Source of the DNA: Actinomycetota bacterium
GTDB lineage: Bacteria; Actinomycetota; UBA4738; HRBIN12
Reading direction: 5' to 3'
Assembly (NCBI GenBank): GCA_035519495.1
Contig: DATIWE010000065.1
Coordinates: 31,788 to 95,787, forward strand
Length of the DNA stretch: 64,000 nucleotides
Under the pieces are notes generated by a model that had not been told where the DNA came from, made no database searches, and saw nothing but the letters and a program-made list of their open reading frames with translations. This document shows, one piece after another, positions 1 to 9,388 of the stretch. Each line of letters opens with the position of its first letter. Within the stretch, counting starts at the first letter, position 1. The position numbers and the translations under genes are program-made.

Positions 1-794
1 CGCTGCGCGAGTCGCTGCAATTGGTGCGGGAGCAGCGGGGCATCCGTGGCGAGCACGACGATGATCGAACCGGCGCCGCCCCGGCCGATCGCATCCTCCT
101 CGTCCCACGCGGAGGCGATCGCGTCGCGCCCGAGCTCGCGGCCGACCGGCACGCCGTCCACGATGAGCCGCTCGCGGGCGCCGTGATTCGCTTGGACGAG
201 CGCGGCCACGATCCACCCGTCGATCGCGCGCGACGCCGTCCCGGTGCCGCCCTTGAACTCATGGCAGATCATGCCGGTCCCGCCGCCGACGTTGCCCTCC
301 GGCACCGGCCCGCCGGTCGCGGACGCGAGCGCTTCGCGGAGGTGCGAAGCGGTCACGTGCATGCCGTTGATGTCGTTCAGCGCGCCGTCGTACGTTTCCG
401 CGACCACCGGGAGCGACCAGAAGGACGACGCGTCGTCGCGACGCGCGACCTCCTCGGCGATCAGCGCGTCGTGCACGACGCCGACGCTGTGGGTGTTCGT
501 GATCGCCACCGGCGTCGTGAGCTGGCCGGACTCGCGCACCCACTCGAGCCCGGTCATCTCGCCGTTGCCGTTCAGCCGGTGACAGGCTGCGAACACCGGA
601 CGGCGCGCGATGTCATCCGCGGGCACGATCACGGTCACGCCCGTGCGGACCGGTCCCTCACCCACCACGAGTGCGCCCTCGCCCCGGATCAGCGTCGTGG
701 TCCCGACCGACACGCCTTCGACGTCGGTGATCGCGTTGCCCCGGCCGACCGGAAGCTGACCCACCGTGAGGCCGAGGTCGCGGTAGCGCGTCAC
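1..794 (-). CDS. DmpA / peptidase S58 family aminopeptidase (C-terminus lies beyond window edge)
   Basis: Not in the ORF track because no stop lies inside the window. My minus-strand translation from GTG (792-794) reads VTRYRDLGLTVGQLPVGRGNAITDVEGVSVGTTTL...RLNGNGEMTGLEWV...ITNTHSVGVV...GGGTGMICHEFKGGTGTASR...SIIVVLATDAPL, typical of the DmpA family. An in-frame TGA 8 codons upstream makes this GTG the first possible start. This call supersedes the R/G-rich plus ORF 21..839. Confidence 0.8.
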   Translation of the reverse strand, partial: MTRYRDLGLTVGQLPVGRGNAITDVEGVSVGTTTLIRGEGALVVGEGPVRTGVTVIVPADDIARRPVFAACHRLNGNGEMTGLEWVRESGQLTTPVAITNTHSVGVVHDALIAEEVARRDDASSFWSLPVVAETYDGALNDINGMHVTASHLREALASATGGPVPEGNVGGGTGMICHEFKGGTGTASRAIDGWIVAALVQANHGARERLIVDGVPVGRELGRDAIASAWDEEDAIGRGGAGSIIVVLATDAPLLPHQLQRLAQ

Positions 795-807
795 GAGGCG
801 GAGGCTA

Positions 808-1119
808 TCAACCGCTCAACGCGCGGGCGCCGGCCGTGACCGCCGCGGCGAGCACGACCACCAGCAGCACCGGCGCGCGGAGCCGGATGGCCACCGCCGC
901 CGCGCCGACCCCCAGCACGCGGGCGTCGATGACGAGGTGCTGTCCTTGAGCGAAGGTCCCGATCGCGACGAGCGCGGCCAGCAGCGCCGGCGCGAGCAGC
1001 GAGACGAGGGAGGTGATGCGCGCAGGCAGTGGCTTGCCGCCCAGGAGCAGTGGCCCCGCGGCCTTGAGGGCCAGCGTCGCGACGCCGGTCACGATCACGA
1101 CGACCCAGATCGTGGTCAC
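808..1119 (-). CDS. azlD: AzlD-family branched-chain amino acid transport accessory protein
   Basis: These are the last 103 codons of ORF 808..1518(-), starting at GTG (VTTIWVVVIVTGVATLALKAAGPLLLGGKPLP...). It is a small, all-hydrophobic protein. A GTGA overlap joins it to the azlC stop, and azlC-azlD pairing is canonical. Confidence 0.75.
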   Translation of the reverse strand: MTTIWVVVIVTGVATLALKAAGPLLLGGKPLPARITSLVSLLAPALLAALVAIGTFAQGQHLVIDARVLGVGAAAVAIRLRAPVLLVVVLAAAVTAGARALSG

Positions 1120-1802
1120 GCCGCCTCCCGCGCCGGTCGCACACCCAACAGGCAGGCGGCGCCCGCGACGACGATCGGCACGCCCGCCGGCGTGAACGGC
1201 GTGAGGGCGAGCGCGATCCCCGCGCCGAGCACCGCCGCGAGCATCGCCGTGCGGTTGCCGCGGATCTGCGGCGCGAGCAGGGCGAGGAACAACGCCGGGA
1301 ACGCCGCGTCGAGGCCGAGGCGGTTCGGATCGCCGATCGCGTTGCCGAAGAGCACCCCGCCGATCGTCCCGAGCACCCACGCGACCCAGATCCCGGTGCC
1401 CGCCGCTAGCAGCACCCTCGGGTTCCACCGGCCGTGCCCCTCGGCCGCCACCGCCCACGACTCGTCGACCGTCACGTGCGCGTGCAGCAGGCGCGACCAT
1501 GCGTTGCCCTCCAGCCACGGGGCCACCGAAACCCCGATCGGGAGGTACCGCGAATTCAGCATCACGGCGGCGAGGATCGCGGTGGCCGCCGAGCCTCCCG
1601 CGCCGAGGACGGACGCCGCCGCGAACTGCGCGGAGCCGGCGAACGTCGTGATGGACATCACGATCGGCGCCGCGTTGCCCATCCCGGCGGCCGGCGCGAG
1701 GACCCCGTAGGACAGGCCGAAGCCGAAGACCGCGACCGCGAGCGGCAGCACGGCTCGGACGCCGTGCCGGTAGCTGCGCGGTTCCGAGGGCTCCTCCGAC
1801 AT
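1116..1802 (-). CDS. azlC: AzlC-family branched-chain amino acid permease component
   Basis: ORF 1116..1802(-), 228 aa: ...FGFGLSYGVLAPAAGMG...MSITTFAGSAQFAAASVL...MLNSRYLPIG... matches the AzlC family. It is a polytopic membrane protein. Confidence 0.85.
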   Translation of the reverse strand: MSEEPSEPRSYRHGVRAVLPLAVAVFGFGLSYGVLAPAAGMGNAAPIVMSITTFAGSAQFAAASVLGAGGSAATAILAAVMLNSRYLPIGVSVAPWLEGNAWSRLLHAHVTVDESWAVAAEGHGRWNPRVLLAAGTGIWVAWVLGTIGGVLFGNAIGDPNRLGLDAAFPALFLALLAPQIRGNRTAMLAAVLGAGIALALTPFTPAGVPIVVAGAACLLGVRPAREAA

Positions 1803-1811
1803 GGTCCGCCG

Positions 1812-1817
1812 ATGCTA
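1812..1817 (-). promoter_or_regulatory. Putative -10 box (TAGCAT) of leaderless azlC promoter
   Basis: Plus-strand atgcta is TAGCAT on the minus strand, 9 nt upstream of the azlC ATG (1802). No SD is present. Part of the window-wide TANNNT pattern. Confidence 0.4.
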
Positions 1818-1831
1818 GCGGCGCCCGCTCG

Positions 1832-1837
1832 TACCCT
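1832..1837 (+). promoter_or_regulatory. Putative -10 box (TACCCT) of leaderless promoter for the HExxH protein
   Basis: TACCCT lies 7 nt upstream of GTG 1845. It is back-to-back with the azlC box in a 42-nt divergent spacer. Confidence 0.4.
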
Positions 1838-1844
1838 GGCGCGC

Positions 1845-2309
1845 GTGAGGATCACGTCCGCCTGCCCGGAGCTGTCCCCGGCGACCGTTCGTCGGCACCT
1901 CGACGGCCTGCCGCCGGCGCCCGGCTACGCGATCCATGTGAAGCCGCTCCGCTACCGCCAGCGACCGCACCTCTCGGCGTGGACCGATTTCGGGGAGCAC
2001 GCGATCACGCTCCAGGTGCCCGAGCCGTTCCTGCCGTTCGGCGAGGTCGTGCCGTTCGGCGCGAAGCGCCGCCCCGGCAAGGGCCTGTCGTTCATCTGGC
2101 TCACCGAAGGCGTGACGTTCACGACGGAGCGACAGGTTCTGCGGTTCCTCTACCTCCACGAGTGGATGCACTGGTACCTGCGTGAGCGCCTCGGCCGCAG
2201 GTCCGCGGCGGAGACCGCGTGCGACCGCTTCGCGCTTCGGAACTACCGGCGTCGCGTCGTCGATGAACAGGACGCGGTGGCCGCGCTGCGGCGTCAGCCG
2301 ACCGGCTGA
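1845..2309 (+). CDS. Hypothetical small protein with HExxH motif (SprT/WLM-like minimal metallopeptidase candidate)
   Basis: In-frame part of ORF 1434..2309(+). High GC3 throughout. Motif FLYLHEWMHWYL (HExxH). Start set at GTG 1845 because of the -10 box 7 nt upstream. ATG 1812 is the alternative, but it lies inside the azlC -10 box. Confidence 0.55.
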   Translation: MRITSACPELSPATVRRHLDGLPPAPGYAIHVKPLRYRQRPHLSAWTDFGEHAITLQVPEPFLPFGEVVPFGAKRRPGKGLSFIWLTEGVTFTTERQVLRFLYLHEWMHWYLRERLGRRSAAETACDRFALRNYRRRVVDEQDAVAALRRQPTG

Positions 2310-2974
2310 GCGCTGGAGCCAGCGCCCCCGATCGCGCTCTCCAACAGCACGGCGAAGTGATCGATGCGCACGCGCTGGCGCTCCGGCTGCGGCTGCCGCC
2401 GATGGAACAGGCCGGGGTCGAGCTCCTCGGACACGAGCGCGTCCTGGAGCGAGCCGGAGAGCCAATCCAGGATCGACACGATCATCTCCAGGTCGAGATC
2501 CGTGCGGACCTCGCCGCGCTGCTGGCCCCATTCGACGAACTCCAGCGTGCCGTAGGGATCCTCGCTGACGAGCCATCGGTTGATGTCGCGCTTCAGCTCG
2601 AGGTCGGTGCCATAGTTCCCGATCAGCACGACGCGGTAGGGGACCCAGTCGTCCTTCACGTAGTGCTCGGTGCGGTCCAGCCAGTAGCGGACGATCGCGA
2701 AGAACCCCTCGCGTCGCACCTCCTCAGGCGCCTCGAGCCACGCCGGCAGCGACGACGCGGCGCGCTTGTACACCTCGAGGAACAGACCGGCCTTCGAGCC
2801 GAAGTGTTGGAAGATCGAGCCCTTCGCGATGCCGAGCTCGGCAGCCATGTCCTCGATGCGCGCGCCCGAGTAGCCCTGGTCGGCGAACTGACGCAGCGCG
2901 CACGCGACGATCAACTCGCGCTTGGCTTCGGATCGAGGGCTGCGACGGCGGGCGGCCGGCTCGGGGAGGCTCAT
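2294..2974 (-). CDS. TetR/AcrR-family transcriptional regulator
   Basis: Internal ATG of ORF 2294..3229(-), codon 86. The N-terminal HTH reads KRELIVACALRQFADQGYSGARIEDMAAELGIAKGSIFQHFGSKAGLF. An ATGA overlap joins it to the upstream aminotransferase stop. Confidence 0.9.
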   Translation of the reverse strand: MSLPEPAARRRSPRSEAKRELIVACALRQFADQGYSGARIEDMAAELGIAKGSIFQHFGSKAGLFLEVYKRAASSLPAWLEAPEEVRREGFFAIVRYWLDRTEHYVKDDWVPYRVVLIGNYGTDLELKRDINRWLVSEDPYGTLEFVEWGQQRGEVRTDLDLEMIVSILDWLSGSLQDALVSEELDPGLFHRRQPQPERQRVRIDHFAVLLESAIGGAGSSAQPVG

Positions 2975-4101
2975 CGCTCGCCGGCGATCGCCGTCAGCGT
3001 GTCGTCGACGAGCGCCAGGCCCTTGAGCATGTGCTCGACGTCGTAGCCGAAGCCGAACCGCAGGCCCTTCTTCAGCCCGAACATGTCGCCCGGGACGAGC
3101 AGCACGCTCTGCTCTTGCCGGATCCGCTCGGCGAGCGCCGTCGAGGAGATCGGCAAGTGGTAGCGCGCGTACGCGATCGCACCGGCGACCGGGCGCACGT
3201 ACTCGAGGTACGGATGGCGCGCGATCCACCCTTCGAGGTGCGGCAGGTTCGCCCGCACGATGGTGCGGGTGCGCTCGAAGATCCGCTCGCGCACGTCCGG
3301 ATGCACGGCGAAGCCGGCGAGCCGGTCCGACAGCACGTTCGGCGTCAGCGTCGTGTAGTCGTGCCGCTCCCAGATCCGCTCGATCACCTCGGGCGGTGCG
3401 ACCGCCCAGCCGATGCGGAGCCCGGGCATCGCGAACGCCTTCGACAGGCCGCTCGTGACGATCACCCGGTCGGAGCGGCCCCAGAACGTCGGCGAGGTCA
3501 CGTCGGTGTCGACCTCCGCGCCGCGGTAGATCTCATCCGCGACGATCCACGCGCCGGCGCGCTCGGCGACCGCGACGACCGCCTCCATCTCGCCCTCGGT
3601 GAGGACCGCGCCGGTCGGGTTGTTCGGGTTGCAGACCATCACGACCTTCGTCTTCCGCCCGACGGCGCGCTCCAACCCCTCCAGGTCGAGCGCCCATCGT
3701 CCGTCGCGCAGCTTCAGCTTGAAGGTGTCGACGCGGTCGCCGAAGGAACGCCCGAGGCCGAGGCCCTGCACGTAGTTCGGCAGCATGAACGCGAGCCGGT
3801 CGCCACGGTCCAGCAGCGACCAGAGCGCCAGGAAGTTCGCCTCGGAGCCGCCGTTCACGACCGTGACGTTCTCGGCCGTGGCGTCCGGGTACCAGTGCGC
3901 GATGTTCATGCGCGTCTCGTACGAGCCCTCGGAGAGCGGATAGCCGAGCGCCGATGCGAGGAACGTCTCGGCGTCGGCGAGCGGGCCGAGCAGATCCCGG
4001 ATGGTCATCGGCTGGACACCGGACTCGCTCAGGTCGTACTCGACGAGGTGCCAGTACAGCGATTGGTAGCGCTCCATCGCGAACGGCTCGATCGGCGGCA
4101 T
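2971..4101 (-). CDS. Class I/II PLP-dependent aminotransferase
   Basis: ORF 2971..4101(-), 376 aa: ...VMVCNPNNPTGAV...IVADEIYRG...VIVTSGLSKAFAMPGLRIGW... These are the aminotransferase class I/II signatures, including the SxxK lysine. Confidence 0.9.
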   Translation of the reverse strand: MPPIEPFAMERYQSLYWHLVEYDLSESGVQPMTIRDLLGPLADAETFLASALGYPLSEGSYETRMNIAHWYPDATAENVTVVNGGSEANFLALWSLLDRGDRLAFMLPNYVQGLGLGRSFGDRVDTFKLKLRDGRWALDLEGLERAVGRKTKVVMVCNPNNPTGAVLTEGEMEAVVAVAERAGAWIVADEIYRGAEVDTDVTSPTFWGRSDRVIVTSGLSKAFAMPGLRIGWAVAPPEVIERIWERHDYTTLTPNVLSDRLAGFAVHPDVRERIFERTRTIVRANLPHLEGWIARHPYLEYVRPVAGAIAYARYHLPISSTALAERIRQEQSVLLVPGDMFGLKKGLRFGFGYDVEHMLKGLALVDDTLTAIAGER

Positions 4102-4107
4102 GGCCCG

Positions 4108-4113
4108 ACGCTA
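4108..4113 (-). promoter_or_regulatory. Putative -10 box (TAGCGT) of leaderless aminotransferase promoter
   Basis: Plus-strand acgcta is TAGCGT on the minus strand, 6 nt upstream of ATG 4101. Confidence 0.4.
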
Positions 4114-4178
4114 TCGCGGTGGCCGTGCACCCTCAACCGAGGTTGACCTGCGCGTCGACGTCGAGGGAGGCTCCGGCG

Positions 4179-5123
4179 ATGAGCCGAACCGTTCGCGTGT
4201 TGCGGGAGTCCGATGTGCGGGCGGCGTTGCCGATGGACGTCTGCATCGATGCGGTCGAGCGGGCGTTCGTGGCGTACACGCGGGGCGACGCCGAGATGCC
4301 GGGCGTGATCCACCTGGACGTGCCGGAGGCGGGCGGGGAGATCCACATCAAGGCCGGGCACCTCCACGGCGCGCCGGCGTACGCGCTCAAGGCCTCGAGC
4401 GGCTTCCCGGGGGATCCGCCCGCCCTCGACGGCGTGGTGATCGCCTTCGACGCGGCGACGGGTGCGCCGCTCGCGTTCCTGCTCGATCACGGCTTCGTGA
4501 CGGATCAACGGACGGGGGCGGCGGGCGGCGTCGCCGCGAAGGTGCTCGCGCCCGAACGGGTCGGCGCCGTCGCGGTGATCGGCACCGGGATCCAGGCCCG
4601 CAAGCAGGTCGAGGCGCTGCGCGTCGTGCGCCCCGGCCTCGGCGAGATCCGCGTGTGGGGGCGCAACGCGGGACACGCAGCGGTCGCGGCCGCGGACCTC
4701 GACGGCGTGGTGGCCGCCTCGGTCGAGGAGGCCGTCGACGGCGCCGACGTCATCCTCACGTGCACGGCCGCGCGCGAGCCGCTGGTCCGTGCCGACTGGG
4801 TCGGACCGGGTGCACACCTCACGGCGGCTGGATCCGACGGGCCCGGCAAGCAGGAGCTGGATCCGGAACTGCTGCGGCGCGCCGATCTCCTCGTCGTCGA
4901 CGCGCGCGAGCAGGCCTTGCGGCTCGGCGAGCTCCAGCATGTGCCGGAGCTGGCGGACCGGGCGATCGAGCTCGGCGCGATCTGCGACGGCATCGCGGCC
5001 GGCCGAACGTCCGCTGCGCAGCTCACGGTCTGCGATCTGACGGGGGTCGGCGTCCAGGACGTCGCCGCCGCGAACGCGGTCCTCGGGAACGCCGGCGAGG
5101 CCGGGGAGCTGCTGACCCTCTAG
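4179..5123 (+). CDS. Ornithine cyclodeaminase / mu-crystallin family protein
   Basis: Codon 76 (ATG) of ORF 3954..5123(+), preceded by GAGGGAGG 8 nt upstream. Sequence: MSRTVRVLRESDVRAALPMDVCIDAVERAF...DQRTGAAGGVAAKVLA...VAVIGTGIQA... (OCD_Mu_crystallin Rossmann). Confidence 0.88.
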   Translation: MSRTVRVLRESDVRAALPMDVCIDAVERAFVAYTRGDAEMPGVIHLDVPEAGGEIHIKAGHLHGAPAYALKASSGFPGDPPALDGVVIAFDAATGAPLAFLLDHGFVTDQRTGAAGGVAAKVLAPERVGAVAVIGTGIQARKQVEALRVVRPGLGEIRVWGRNAGHAAVAAADLDGVVAASVEEAVDGADVILTCTAAREPLVRADWVGPGAHLTAAGSDGPGKQELDPELLRRADLLVVDAREQALRLGELQHVPELADRAIELGAICDGIAAGRTSAAQLTVCDLTGVGVQDVAAANAVLGNAGEAGELLTL

Positions 5124-5887
5124 CGCGTCGCCAGCCGGCGCAGGATCTCGTCGTGGAGCAGCCCGTTCGTCACGAGCATGCTGTTCTCGTGGCCGACCGG
5201 GCCGCCCTCGAACGTCGAGCAGCGTCCGCCGGCCTCCTCGATCACGACCTGGGGCGCCGCGAGGTCCCACGCCGCCAGGTTCGGCTCCAGCATCACGTCG
5301 GCCGAGCCGCGCGCCACCAGCATGTGCGCCCACCAGTCGCCGAAACCCCTTGGGCGCCAGCATTCCTGGACCAGCGTGAGCGTCGCCTGCGCGTATGGCC
5401 CGGCGAACAGCGTATCCATCTCCTGGAGCAGGACGTGCGCGTCGGCCACCTCCTGTACGCCGCTCACGTGGATCGGCTCGCCGTTCAGCGTGGCGCCCTC
5501 GTGCCGGACCGCGACGTAGCGTTCGCCCATCGCCGGCGCGCTCACCACGCCGAGGACGCCGATCCCGTCGACCTGGAGCGCGATCAGCGTGGCCCAGGCC
5601 TGGATCCCCCGGGCGAAGTTCGCCGTGGAATCGATCGGGTCGATGATCCACAGGCGGCCGACCGGATCGTGGGAGCCGCCCTCTTCTTCACCCAGGATCG
5701 CGTCGGCCGGGAACGCCGCCGCGATCGCCTCGCGCGCCATCCGCTCCACCGAGGTGTCCGCCTGGGTGACGAAGCTCGTGTCGGCCTTGCGACGGATCTC
5801 GAGCAGCTCGTTGCGGAAGAACCCCTGCGCCGTCTCGGCCGCGAGGTCTGCCAGTTCGTTCGCGAACGCGACCTCCTGCTCGTACAC
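5120..5887 (-). CDS. Inositol monophosphatase-family phosphatase (HisN/SuhB-like)
   Basis: ORF 5120..5887(-), 255 aa, with IMPase motifs GEEEGG, WIIDPIDSTANF and AAWDLAA. GTG start. The stop shares CTAG with the OCD gene. Confidence 0.85.
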   Translation of the reverse strand: MYEQEVAFANELADLAAETAQGFFRNELLEIRRKADTSFVTQADTSVERMAREAIAAAFPADAILGEEEGGSHDPVGRLWIIDPIDSTANFARGIQAWATLIALQVDGIGVLGVVSAPAMGERYVAVRHEGATLNGEPIHVSGVQEVADAHVLLQEMDTLFAGPYAQATLTLVQECWRPRGFGDWWAHMLVARGSADVMLEPNLAAWDLAAPQVVIEEAGGRCSTFEGGPVGHENSMLVTNGLLHDEILRRLATR

Positions 5888-5893
5888 GGGCGC

Positions 5894-5899
5894 AGCCTA
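5894..5899 (-). promoter_or_regulatory. Putative -10 box (TAGGCT) of leaderless IMPase-family gene promoter
   Basis: Plus-strand agccta is TAGGCT on the minus strand, 6 nt upstream of GTG 5887. Confidence 0.4.
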
Positions 5900-5936
5900 C
5901 CTGGGCCTCGCAACGGTCGTGACCTGGGATCTCCGG

Positions 5937-5942
5937 TAGCCT
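5937..5942 (+). promoter_or_regulatory. Putative -10 box (TAGCCT) of tig promoter
   Basis: TAGCCT lies 10 nt upstream of ATG 5953. No SD is present. Confidence 0.35.
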
Positions 5943-5952
5943 TGGTGCACCG

Positions 5953-7308
5953 ATGGAAACGACCGTCGAATCGACCGACAAACACACCGTCAAGCTCACG
6001 ATCGAGGTTCCGCCGGAGGAATTCGCGAAGGATCTGGACAAGACCTACCGGGCCATCGCTCGTGAGGTCAAGATCCCCGGGTTCCGCCCCGGCAAGGCCC
6101 CGAAGACGATCATCGACGCGCAGGTGGGCCAGGACGTCGTGCTGGACGAGTTCGTCCACGTCGCGGTCCCGTCGTACTTCCGGACCGCGGTCACGGACGA
6201 GGACCTCGCGCCGATCGGCGATCCCGAGGTCGACGTCGAACAGCTCGAGCTCGGCAAGCCGTTCATCTTCACGGCCACCGTCGAGGTGCGGCCGCGCCTC
6301 GAGCTGACCGAGGACGACTACAAGGGCGTCACGGTCGAGAAGCCGGCCACCGACGCGACCGACGAGGAGGTCGACCAGTATGTGGAGCGCCTCCGCCGGC
6401 AGTTCGCGGAGCTGGAGCCGGTCGGGCGACCGGTCAAGGAAGGCGATTTCGTCACGGCGAACGTCACGGTCACGCGGAACGGGCAGCAGCTCGATCAGCT
6501 GACGCGTGAGGACTACCTCTACTCGGTCGGGTCGGCCGAGTTCGGCCCCGTGATGGACGCGAAGCTCGCCGGCACCAAACCCGGCGACATCGTCCGGTTC
6601 GAGGACACGCTCGAGCCCGAGCGGTTCGGCGAGGAGCTGGCGGGTCCCGCCGGGTTCCTCGTGATGGTCAAAGAGGTGAAGGAGCTCGAGCTGCCCGACG
6701 AGGACGACGCGTTCGCGAAGACCGCGTCGGAGTTCGACTCGTTGCAGGAGCTCCGCGACGATCTCCGCGCGAAGATCGCCGAGGCGAAGGAGCGCGAGTC
6801 CGTCGGCGTCATCCGGGACCGCGCGCTCCAGGCCGTGATCGACCGCGTCGACGTCGAGCTGCCGGACTCGCTGATCGAGGACGAGACCTCGCACCGGATG
6901 CGCCACGCCGAGGATCAGGCGAGCCGCTACGGCCTCACGCTCGATCAGATGCTCGAGATCCAGGGATGGGATCGCGACCGCCTCGCCGAGGACAACCGCC
7001 AGCACGCGCTGCGCGCCATCAAGGCCGACCTGGTCCTGGAGAGCGTTGCGCGCGCCGAGGAGCTGGACGTGACGGCCGAGGAGATCGGCACCCAGATCGG
7101 AACGCTGGCGCAGGCGTACGACCGCGACCCGAAGGAACTGGCCAAACAGCTCGATCGATCCGGCCAGATCGTGACGCTGGCCGGAGATATCATCCGTTCG
7201 AAGGCGCTCGACATCATCGTGGACCATGCCGATATCACCGAGGAGAGCCCGTCGCCCGACGAGAGCGACGGCATCACCGGAACCGACGAAGGAGAGGACA
7301 CCGACTGA
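5953..7308 (+). CDS. tig: Trigger factor
   Basis: ORF 5953..7308(+), 451 aa: [24 protein letters not shown]...[12 protein letters not shown]... (ribosome-binding GFRxGxxP motif). It has an acidic C-terminal tail. The tig-clpP-clpX synteny supports the call. Confidence 0.96.
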   Translation: METTVESTDKHTVKLTIEVPPEEFAKDLDKTYRAIAREVKIPGFRPGKAPKTIIDAQVGQDVVLDEFVHVAVPSYFRTAVTDEDLAPIGDPEVDVEQLELGKPFIFTATVEVRPRLELTEDDYKGVTVEKPATDATDEEVDQYVERLRRQFAELEPVGRPVKEGDFVTANVTVTRNGQQLDQLTREDYLYSVGSAEFGPVMDAKLAGTKPGDIVRFEDTLEPERFGEELAGPAGFLVMVKEVKELELPDEDDAFAKTASEFDSLQELRDDLRAKIAEAKERESVGVIRDRALQAVIDRVDVELPDSLIEDETSHRMRHAEDQASRYGLTLDQMLEIQGWDRDRLAEDNRQHALRAIKADLVLESVARAEELDVTAEEIGTQIGTLAQAYDRDPKELAKQLDRSGQIVTLAGDIIRSKALDIIVDHADITEESPSPDESDGITGTDEGEDTD

Positions 7309-7946
7309 TGGAGCCCACGCAGAACTACCTCGTTCCGGTCGTGGTCGAGCAGACCAGCCGCGGCGAGCGTTCGTTCGACATCTACTCGCGCCTGCTGAAG
7401 GACCGCATCGTGTTCCTCGGCACGCCGATCGATGACGCCGTCGGGAACCTGATCATGGCGCAGCTGCTGCACCTCGAGTCCGAGGATCCCGACAAGGACA
7501 TCAACCTGTACATCAACTCACCGGGCGGCGACGTGTCGTCGCTCCTCGCGATCTACGACACGATGCAGTACATCAAGCCCGACGTCAGCACGATCGTGAT
7601 GGGCCTGGCCGCCAGCGCGGCCGCCGTGCTGGCATTGTCCGGTGCCCCCGGGAAGCGGTTCGCGCTCCCGAACGCCCGGATCCTGTTGCACCAGCCCCAC
7701 GGTGGCGCGCAGGGGCAGGCCGTCGACATCGAGATCCAGGCGCGCGAGATCATCCGGCTGCGGAAGCTGCTCGACAACATCATCGCGACGCACACCGGCC
7801 AGCAGATCGAGAAGGTCGAGAAGGACACGGACCGCGACTACATCCTCACGGCCGACGAGGCCAAGGCCTACGGCGTGATCGACGAGATCATCTCCCGCCG
7901 AGGGATCGCGACCGAATTGTCAGCGGCGAGCCCGAACGGGGCGTAA
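7308..7946 (+). CDS. clpP: ATP-dependent Clp protease proteolytic subunit
   Basis: Codon 115 (ATG) of ORF 6966..7946(+), with a TGATG overlap onto the tig stop. Sequence: ...[17 protein letters not shown]...INSPGGDV...[10 protein letters not shown]...LLHQPHGG... The Ser/His/Asp triad context is present. Only one clpP copy is present here. Confidence 0.96.
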   Translation: MEPTQNYLVPVVVEQTSRGERSFDIYSRLLKDRIVFLGTPIDDAVGNLIMAQLLHLESEDPDKDINLYINSPGGDVSSLLAIYDTMQYIKPDVSTIVMGLAASAAAVLALSGAPGKRFALPNARILLHQPHGGAQGQAVDIEIQAREIIRLRKLLDNIIATHTGQQIEKVEKDTDRDYILTADEAKAYGVIDEIISRRGIATELSAASPNGA

Positions 7947-7957
7947 TATCCGCGGTG

Positions 7958-7983
7958 CGACCGGGTCGATGAAGACCCGGTCG
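7958..7983 (+). terminator. Hairpin between clpP and clpX (attenuator/terminator candidate)
   Basis: cGACCGGGTC-gatgaa-GACCCGGTCg: 10-bp perfect stem, 6-nt loop, followed by ttcgttcgg. It lies 12 nt after the clpP TAA and 24 nt before the clpX ATG. Confidence 0.4.
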
Positions 7984-8006
7984 TTCGTTCGGAGAGGGAA
8001 GAGGCG

Positions 8007-9281
8007 ATGGCGAAGTTCGGAGACTCGGACCTGCTGAAGTGCTCGTTCTGCGGGAAGAGCCAGAAGCAGGTCAAGAAGTTGATCGCCGGGCCCGGCGTGT
8101 ACATCTGCGACGAGTGCATCGACCTGTGCAACGAGATCATCGAGGAGGAGCTCTCCGAGACCGCCGAGCTCAAGCTCGACGAGCTGCCCAAGCCCGAGGA
8201 GATCTACGCGTTCCTCGCCGAATACGTCGTCGGCCAAGAGCAGGCGAAGAAGGTCCTGTCGGTCGCCGTCTACAACCACTACAAGCGGATCCAGGTCGGC
8301 CAGAAGGATCAGGAGGTCGAGCTCCAGAAGTCGAACATCCTGATCCTCGGTCCGACCGGCTGCGGCAAGACCTACCTCGCGCAGACCCTCGCGCGCCTGC
8401 TGAACGTGCCGTTCGCGATCGCCGACGCAACCGCGCTCACGGAGGCCGGCTACGTCGGGGAGGACGTCGAGAACATCCTGCTGAAGCTGATCCAGGCCGC
8501 GGACTACGACGTGAAGAAGGCAGAGACCGGGATCATCTACATCGACGAGATCGACAAGATCGCCCGGAAGTCCGAGAACCCGTCGATCACGCGTGACGTC
8601 TCCGGCGAGGGCGTGCAGCAGGCCCTGCTGAAGATCCTGGAGGGGACCACGGCCAGCGTGCCGCCGCAGGGCGGCCGCAAGCACCCGCACCAGGAGTTCA
8701 TCCAGATCGACACGACCAACATCCTGTTCATCTGCGGCGGGGCGTTCGCCGGGCTCGACAAGGTGATCGAGAGCCGGATCGGTCGCAAGGGCGTCGGGTT
8801 CGGCGCCGAGATCGTCAGCCGCGAGGACAAGGACCTCGGCGAGGTCTTCTCGAAGGTGCTGCCCGAGGACCTGCTGAGGTACGGGCTGATCCCGGAGTTC
8901 GTCGGGCGCCTGCCGGTGCTCACGCACGTGAACAACCTCGACGAGGACGCGCTCGTCGACATCCTCACGACGCCGAAGAACGCGCTCGTGAAGCAGTACA
9001 AGAAGTTCTTCGAGTTCGACGGGGTCGAGCTGGAGTTCACCGCGGACGCGATGCGGGCCATCTCCGAGCAGGCGATCCAGCGGGGCACCGGCGCCCGCGG
9101 CTTGCGCGCGATCATGGAGGAGGTGCTACTCAACGTGATGTACGAGCTGCCCTCCCGCCAGGACGTCACGAAGTGCCTCGTCGACCGCGATGTCGTGCTG
9201 ACCGGGGTCAATCCCACGCTCGTGCCGCGCGACCAGCAGGCCGCCGCGAAGCGCCAGAAGCGCGAAGAACGCACCGCCTAG
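8007..9281 (+). CDS. clpX: ATP-dependent Clp protease ATP-binding subunit ClpX
   Basis: ORF 8007..9281(+), 424 aa. N-terminal zinc ribbon [30 protein letters not shown], Walker A GPTGCGKT, and an SD GGAGAGGGAAGAGG upstream. Confidence 0.97.
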   Translation: MAKFGDSDLLKCSFCGKSQKQVKKLIAGPGVYICDECIDLCNEIIEEELSETAELKLDELPKPEEIYAFLAEYVVGQEQAKKVLSVAVYNHYKRIQVGQKDQEVELQKSNILILGPTGCGKTYLAQTLARLLNVPFAIADATALTEAGYVGEDVENILLKLIQAADYDVKKAETGIIYIDEIDKIARKSENPSITRDVSGEGVQQALLKILEGTTASVPPQGGRKHPHQEFIQIDTTNILFICGGAFAGLDKVIESRIGRKGVGFGAEIVSREDKDLGEVFSKVLPEDLLRYGLIPEFVGRLPVLTHVNNLDEDALVDILTTPKNALVKQYKKFFEFDGVELEFTADAMRAISEQAIQRGTGARGLRAIMEEVLLNVMYELPSRQDVTKCLVDRDVVLTGVNPTLVPRDQQAAAKRQKREERTA

Positions 9282-9388
9282 CTGCCCGATCCGTCCGCCC
9301 GCGTCTGGATGGTTTTGGCGTCGGGCGCCGTCGTGAGGCAGTATCGGGGTGAGCGGCCGCCGGGCCGTCTCGAATCGAGGAGGGTCCG

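Noticed and set aside
21-839. 272-aa plus-strand ORF at the window start
   Set aside because: The translation is rich in Arg, Gly, Asp and His with no recognisable motif. The opposite strand encodes a clear DmpA-family protein over the same bases. This is a shadow ORF typical of high-GC DNA.
4029-7227. Long ORFs 4029..5651(-), 4100..6307(+) and 5584..7227(-)
   Set aside because: They overlap the well-supported OCD, IMPase-family and tig genes. Their composition is dominated by R, G, P, A and D, and they have no motifs.
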